DNA of 33,077 nt from Bacteriovoracaceae bacterium (GTDB taxonomy: Bacteria > Bdellovibrionota > Bacteriovoracia > Bacteriovoracales > Bacteriovoracaceae). Both the position numbers and the translations under genes were made by a program. Below are positions 28,168 to 33,077 of this stretch, piece by piece. The notes under the pieces are model-generated. The model was not told where the DNA came from. It saw only the letters and a list, made by a program, of their open reading frames with translations, and did not search any database. Every line of letters begins with the position of its first letter. The stretch's first letter is position 1. The stretch lies in the NCBI GenBank assembly GCA_041586955.1, contig JBFGZE010000027.1, forward strand, positions 1 to 33,077, given 5' to 3'.

Positions 28168-28542
28168 TCAAACTTTACTGGGTTTAAAACCCCAATAATA
28201 CTTTGACCTTTCCGTTTGATTTAAAAATCGACCCTTTTTCCATTCCAAAATCTGACGGTCAACTTTTTGTTCAAGTCTTTTATATAAAATCCAAGGGTTA
28301 TTTCCTGTTAATTCGGCCCTGATTTTTTTTGATGCCCCTGAAATGGAAAGTACAGCTCTCGTTTTATGCCGCTCTTTAACGATCTCTAATTTTATTGAGG
28401 ACAATGCAGGGGCCTTTTCTTCGAGTAATTGAAGCCTCTCTTTGATTTTTAATCGATGATCTGGCCTCAAGGACATACCGACCTCATTAATAGTGAAACT
28501 TTCCTTCATAGAATGTTCCAAATAAGATGAAAGCGATTTCAT
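28168..28542 (-). CDS. Second HPF/RaiA-like protein (divergent)
   Basis: Start MKSLS with AGGAGG RBS; beta-alpha-beta-beta-beta-alpha pattern ending LEQKVDRQILEWK. Confidence 0.55.
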   Translation of the reverse strand: MKSLSSYLEHSMKESFTINEVGMSLRPDHRLKIKERLQLLEEKAPALSSIKLEIVKERHKTRAVLSISGASKKIRAELTGNNPWILYKRLEQKVDRQILEWKKGRFLNQTERSKYYWGFKPSKV

Positions 28543-28877
28543 AATACCTCCTTGATTGTATAGTTTTAATCGCGCATTGTTGTCGCAATGTTCTCTGTAC
28601 ACAAAATAAGGTTTGAAGCACTGGCCTTTGACTGGAATCTAGGGAAAAGCACCTGTCCAATCCAACAACCTAAGTTTTCAAACCTAAATTATTGAAAAGT
28701 TATGGATTATTCACCATTGCTTTTAAAATGTGTTCATCTGAAAAAAAGTCAAGTTTCTTTTTCTTTTTTTTTTTTGAGTCTTGACATTTTTTTTTCTAAT
28801 ATTATTTTTTTAAAAAATACTTTGTTCCTGTAAAGGCATCAAAGTTAAAATTTAAGAACTTAAGCAGGGAGGTTATC

Positions 28878-29192
28878 ATGAAGAAGAAGCGTTTTCATTT
28901 AATGATTCCAATTCTTACGAGCTTGTTATTTATTGGTAATGCTGTGGGGAAAGGAGTCCCTATAGGACTGTTAAACCTGAATAACGACTCCATTGAAAAA
29001 GAATATCGCATTCTAATCAATTGCCTCGAAGAATCACTTTGTCAAAATGATCAAATTGAATATCCTATTTTAAGAAAATCATGTAAAAACGCGTGCGATT
29101 ATATGGAGCTGTCCAATAATAGCTATTCGTTTTACGATAAGAACTTTGGATATGAGGGCAAAGATTTAAGTTCGGTTAGTGAAACTCGTTAA
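28878..29192 (+). CDS. Secreted hypothetical protein (4 Cys)
   Basis: GGGAGG RBS, signal-peptide-like N-terminus. Confidence 0.65.
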   Translation: MKKKRFHLMIPILTSLLFIGNAVGKGVPIGLLNLNNDSIEKEYRILINCLEESLCQNDQIEYPILRKSCKNACDYMELSNNSYSFYDKNFGYEGKDLSSVSETR

Positions 29193-29687
29193 ACAACTGA
29201 TTACATGGAGGATATCTATGAGTGCTGTTCCCCGCAACTTCTTTTTGTTGTGGCAAAAATATTGGTTTAAAAAAATACCTTCTTGTACTTATGGGTAAAG
29301 TACGACCCTAAGTGGCACGCCCTCTTTTTATAAAATTAATCAAAAACGTGCTGTTTTTTAAAAGGAAAAAAACTCCTAAGAATCTTAAATATAGTCAATT
29401 AATATTGGAATATTTTTGCAAGTCCTAGCTGAATGGCCAAAGCTCATTGGGAGGGCAATTTGTGGGTATATAGGTGAAGGATTGATTTATTAAAACTAAA
29501 GGTTAGATCTGGAAAATTGTTGAGAAAATAGTCCCCTTACATTATTAATAACAGTAGGTTATCGATTCTTCGACATTTTCTCGCCTATGAAAAGAGCAAG
29601 TCGTTTATTGAAATTATTTCAATTTCCTCGACCGAAAAAACTGAGATGTTAAATAAGGTCTACACAATATTAAAATAAGGATAACTT

Positions 29688-30293
29688 ATGAAAAAAATTA
29701 TAATTGCACTAGCGGTTTTATCTGCAACAGTCCCTGCTGAAACAGAGTTTAATACGGTAAAAAGCTTTGATGGGAAAGCTGTCCATTGTAAAACAATTCA
29801 CGACCTTTATAGAAATAAAACAGGTCTTTATTTGGCCAAAGCTACCGCTGCGACAATTGAAGACCAAAGGATTAGCTTTAAAATTAACTTGTCGTTTTTG
29901 GCCTGTGTGAAAGAAGAAGAGAGGTTTAAGTTTGTTTATAAAGGCCCATATGAAAAATTTCAGTACTCTACAGTTTTAGTTGAAGACATGATGGTGGCCC
30001 AGGCAAAAGAAGTAAAACTTAAGGCATATAAAGACGGCGTTTATAAAATACTAACAAGCCAAATAATTGAAGATGATTCAAAGCAAGTGCAGACAATTAC
30101 TGTTGACCTCAAGGACGTTTTAAACGCAGGCAATAAAAAGAGAGGAAGCATTGATTTTTGGGTTGTTAAGAAAATGAATTTTTCTATTGAGGGCCAAGGG
30201 GTTGATTTCGATGAGATGATTAATTATGGTTCTTATCGAATCAATTTTAATATCGTAAATACGGAAGAAGGACTAAAGGTTAATCTTTTATAG
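29688..30293 (+). CDS. Secreted hypothetical protein
   Basis: MKKIIIALAVLSATVPA signal; AAGGA RBS; terminator follows. Confidence 0.8.
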   Translation: MKKIIIALAVLSATVPAETEFNTVKSFDGKAVHCKTIHDLYRNKTGLYLAKATAATIEDQRISFKINLSFLACVKEEERFKFVYKGPYEKFQYSTVLVEDMMVAQAKEVKLKAYKDGVYKILTSQIIEDDSKQVQTITVDLKDVLNAGNKKRGSIDFWVVKKMNFSIEGQGVDFDEMINYGSYRINFNIVNTEEGLKVNLL

Positions 30294-30300
30294 TTTTCTG

Positions 30301-30327
30301 ATGGGCCACACTGAGCGTGTGGCCTAT
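30301..30327. terminator. Hairpin between convergent genes
   Basis: ggccacac-tgagc-gtgtggcc. Confidence 0.55.
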
Positions 30328-30423
30328 ATCTACTATTGCAAGGGCGCAGAAGCCTTTAGATCCTGTTGTGTGAATTATTTTAAACGTTCTGAACTACCAT
30401 GCTCCTAACGGCATAGTTGAATT

Positions 30424-30648
30424 TTATCCCTCTCCACCTATTTCCCGATAAAATTCATGGTCAATCTCATCTTCATCGCCGTCAATGTTGAGCTCACTAA
30501 TAATTTCTCGGCAATTGTCACAAAAATTAAATGGGCCTTGTGGAAGATTGAAAAGGGTAGAGCAGCAATTGTCACATATATCCAATCCGTGAAGTTCTTC
30601 CTTAGTATATTCCTTAATAGCGAATGAATTTGTTTTACTTATATTCAT
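30424..30648 (-). CDS. Small acidic CxxC...CxxC (zinc-ribbon-like) protein
   Basis: CDNCC and CDNC; AAGGA RBS. Confidence 0.55.
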   Translation of the reverse strand: MNISKTNSFAIKEYTKEELHGLDICDNCCSTLFNLPQGPFNFCDNCREIISELNIDGDEDEIDHEFYREIGGEG

Positions 30649-30806
30649 TTATGTCGTCCTTGTCGTGATACTTCTTCGCGTTAATGATTCGCATTATTTT
30701 TCTATTGTCTTTGTGTATAATTCACATTCCATGTCACCCTTAGAATTTATATTGAATGAACAATTTATCTTGTTTCTAAGGTCGACTTCTTTGTCGGGAA
30801 AATAGA

Positions 30807-31067
30807 TCAGCACGCTATTTTCTTAGACAAGGAAGTGATTTGGTTAATGGTAATGTATGGCCTTTTCTTTTCATTCATACTAATAGTACCGATCACTTGA
30901 ACTCTTTGGTTCATGAGATGTTTCAATTGATCAATTCCATCCTGGTACTCTACAAAGTAGTTTTCACCGCTCTCAGTATAAAGGCATGCCTTTTTAATGT
31001 TATTTCGATAGTCCCAGGTAACTGGAATGAGAAATCCATCAAATACTTGGTCTAAGTGGTCTAACAT
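30807..31067 (-). CDS. Small hypothetical protein, OB-fold-like
   Basis: LKHLMNQRVQVIGTI pattern; AGGGG RBS; directly downstream of a sigma-54 promoter. Confidence 0.7.
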   Translation of the reverse strand: MLDHLDQVFDGFLIPVTWDYRNNIKKACLYTESGENYFVEYQDGIDQLKHLMNQRVQVIGTISMNEKKRPYITINQITSLSKKIAC

Positions 31068-31102
31068 GTCATTACCCCTTTTAAGTTTGACTCTGTAGGT
31101 AA

Positions 31103-31119
31103 AGCAAGCTCTGTGCCAA
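31103..31119 (-). promoter_or_regulatory. Sigma-54 (-24/-12) promoter
   Basis: Minus strand TTGGCACAGAGCTTGCT matches the TGGCAC-N5-TTGC consensus; divergent from an enhancer-binding protein gene. Confidence 0.85.
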
Positions 31120-31220
31120 GTTAATGTTATGTGATTTCAGTTAGTTATGTGATCTGTGCTGCTAAGTTGCAGAAGTTTTTATTCATAAGGAAGAATTAAG
31201 AGTTCTCATATATATAAAGC

Positions 31221-32759
31221 ATGGCAAAAGGAGAGGTTTGGATCAAAAAGCGCGCCTATAACGATCAGATTTTTAATGACAATAAAATGAATCTATTGCA
31301 AGCTCAGATTATGCAAGAGGGAGACAGGATTTCTAAAATGAAAAGAATGTTAATTATCACGGATTTAGAAAGTACCAAGTCATTTTTTAAAGAGCATTTT
31401 TCGAATCAATTTAATTTAGTATTCGCATTAAATGCCAGTGATGCAATTTCTAATTTTGGGAAAGAGCTTTTTGAGTACATCCTTATTGATCTTTTGAATT
31501 TTAAGGAATTTAAATGCAAAGAGCTTAGCACTGAATTATTTAATCAATACTTTTCTTCTCTGGAACGCTCTTACCCAACGGCGAAAAAAATATTTATGGC
31601 AGAAAGGCGTCTTACGAAAGAGTGTGTCATAGGTATACGGCTAGGGTTTGATAATTATATCAATTACCCTTTAATCATTGAAGAGGTGCAATATGTCCTT
31701 GACTTAGTTGATGAGTCAGCAAGGCGCGAGGCCGTGTCTCAACATTTCGAAACAAAAATTTTAAAATCTATACCAAAATATAATTTCGATTCAAAATCAA
31801 TGGTGATGAGAAATATTTTTCAGCAGGTAGAGTCCGTCGCTCAAACGAAAACGACAGTACTGATAACAGGAGAGTCTGGGACAGGGAAAAGTGTTTTGGC
31901 CAAGACGATTCATGATTTAAGTAGTCGTTCAAATTGTAAATTTATTAGTACCCATTGCGGAGCTATTTCTGATGGACTTATTGAAAGTGAGCTTTTTGGA
32001 CATGAGAAGGGCTCCTTTACAGGAGCGATTAAGAGAAAGCTTGGCAAATTCGAATTAGCACATAATGGAACAATTTTCTTGGATGAAATTGGCACTGTTT
32101 CAAAGGCAACACAAGTTAATCTTCTCCAGGTGATTCAGGAACGGTTTTTTCAACGTGTCGGTGGAGAAGAGGATATCAATATTGACGTCCGGATTATTGC
32201 CGCTACAAATATTGATTTAAAGCAATCAGTGTTAGATAATTCCTTTAGAGAAGATTTATACTATAGACTCAATGTCTTTCCTATCGAGATCCCCCCTCTT
32301 AGAGAAAGGCCTGAGGATATTAAAGAGCTTTCCCTTCAAATTCTTTATCGGCTAAATTGTCTGTATAATAAAAAGATTGATTCCATTCATCGGGATGTTG
32401 AATTAGCGTTTTTAGGTTATTCTTGGCCAGGGAATATTAGAGAGCTTGAAAATGTCATTGAAAGAGCGTACGTCTTGGAAAAAACCAACGTCCTATCGCC
32501 TGAGAATTTTCCCGTTGAAATGTTTCAGGTGAAAGAAATACCAAAAAAAATAATTAATTATTATCCAACTCTCAATTTAAATGAGGCCAGGCGACATACA
32601 TTAGACAATTTTGAGCGCGAATACTTGCATGAGCTTTTCAAGGCGTCACAAGGAAGTTTGAAAAAAGCATCGGAACTATCTGGTGTAACAATCCGGCAAC
32701 TTCATAAATTTATTTCAAAGCATCGCATAAATAGAAAAGAGTTTTGTTTAACTTCTTGA
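31221..32759 (+). CDS. Sigma-54-dependent transcriptional activator (NtrC/Fis family; atypical receiver + AAA+ + HTH)
   Basis: GESGTGKS, ESELFGHEKGSFTGA, FLDEIG, FREDLYYRLNV, WPGNIRELEN; the true start may be a downstream Met. Confidence 0.92.
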   Translation: MAKGEVWIKKRAYNDQIFNDNKMNLLQAQIMQEGDRISKMKRMLIITDLESTKSFFKEHFSNQFNLVFALNASDAISNFGKELFEYILIDLLNFKEFKCKELSTELFNQYFSSLERSYPTAKKIFMAERRLTKECVIGIRLGFDNYINYPLIIEEVQYVLDLVDESARREAVSQHFETKILKSIPKYNFDSKSMVMRNIFQQVESVAQTKTTVLITGESGTGKSVLAKTIHDLSSRSNCKFISTHCGAISDGLIESELFGHEKGSFTGAIKRKLGKFELAHNGTIFLDEIGTVSKATQVNLLQVIQERFFQRVGGEEDINIDVRIIAATNIDLKQSVLDNSFREDLYYRLNVFPIEIPPLRERPEDIKELSLQILYRLNCLYNKKIDSIHRDVELAFLGYSWPGNIRELENVIERAYVLEKTNVLSPENFPVEMFQVKEIPKKIINYYPTLNLNEARRHTLDNFEREYLHELFKASQGSLKKASELSGVTIRQLHKFISKHRINRKEFCLTS

Positions 32760-33077
32760 ATGGTTAGATGGGAGAGAATGTTCCTCTGTGGTGCATCTCA
32801 GTTGTAGCTGGAGAGCACTTGTCTTGGAACTATTTTCTAATTTGTTTGTGTGAACGATATGGACCGAAAAGTAGGAATTAAAAGTTCACATCATCCATTA
32901 TTTTAATATACGTTCTTGTAATTTCTAGTACTTAGAGGGAACGCAGATTGGCCAACAATTTGCTTAATATCTTGTTACGATAACTTTAACAGGATGAAAT
33001 TGTGAAATTAAACGTAGTCAATTCTATTAATTATGAAGGCCTATTAATTGCTTCAGATTGGGATGAAGATGGAAATA

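Noticed and set aside
29313..29330. Second sigma-54 promoter (TGGCAC at about 29313)
   Set aside because: No TTGC -12 element at the required spacing.

Overview
AT-rich bacterial accessory region. Gene style suggests Bdellovibrionota (Bacteriovorax/Halobacteriovorax-like); this is inferred, not proven. The main unexplained structure is a ~150-bp non-coding element present 9 times (6 near-full, 3 partial) between 734 and 21642, always on the + strand. It separates unrelated one-to-few-gene segments. One copy lies 34 nt downstream of a decayed IS91/ISCR-family (HUH, rolling-circle) transposase C-terminus, and the element's right end (CCTATWC|TTTC) resembles IS91-family oriIS ends. Three genes (DUF1232, IS481 transposase, IS66 transposase) are cut at the element's boundaries and do not continue on the other side. 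This suggests an oriIS-punctuated gene-capture array rather than simple MITE insertions. Cargo and neighbouring genes include D-lactate dehydrogenase, a secreted protein-glutaminase, a DcaP-like porin, a CrbS/CbrA-type symporter-histidine kinase, receiver proteins, a pilin-like protein, two IucA/IucC-like proteins with lipoprotein signals, an esterase, a methyltransferase-fold lipoprotein, a chimeric Ig-CBM35-pectate lyase, tandem HPF-like genes, and a sigma-54 activator facing a consensus -24/-12 promoter. A structured ~215-nt segment with retron msr-msd-like architecture but no reverse transcriptase lies at 20424-20639. All calls are from motif recognition by eye; no searches were run.
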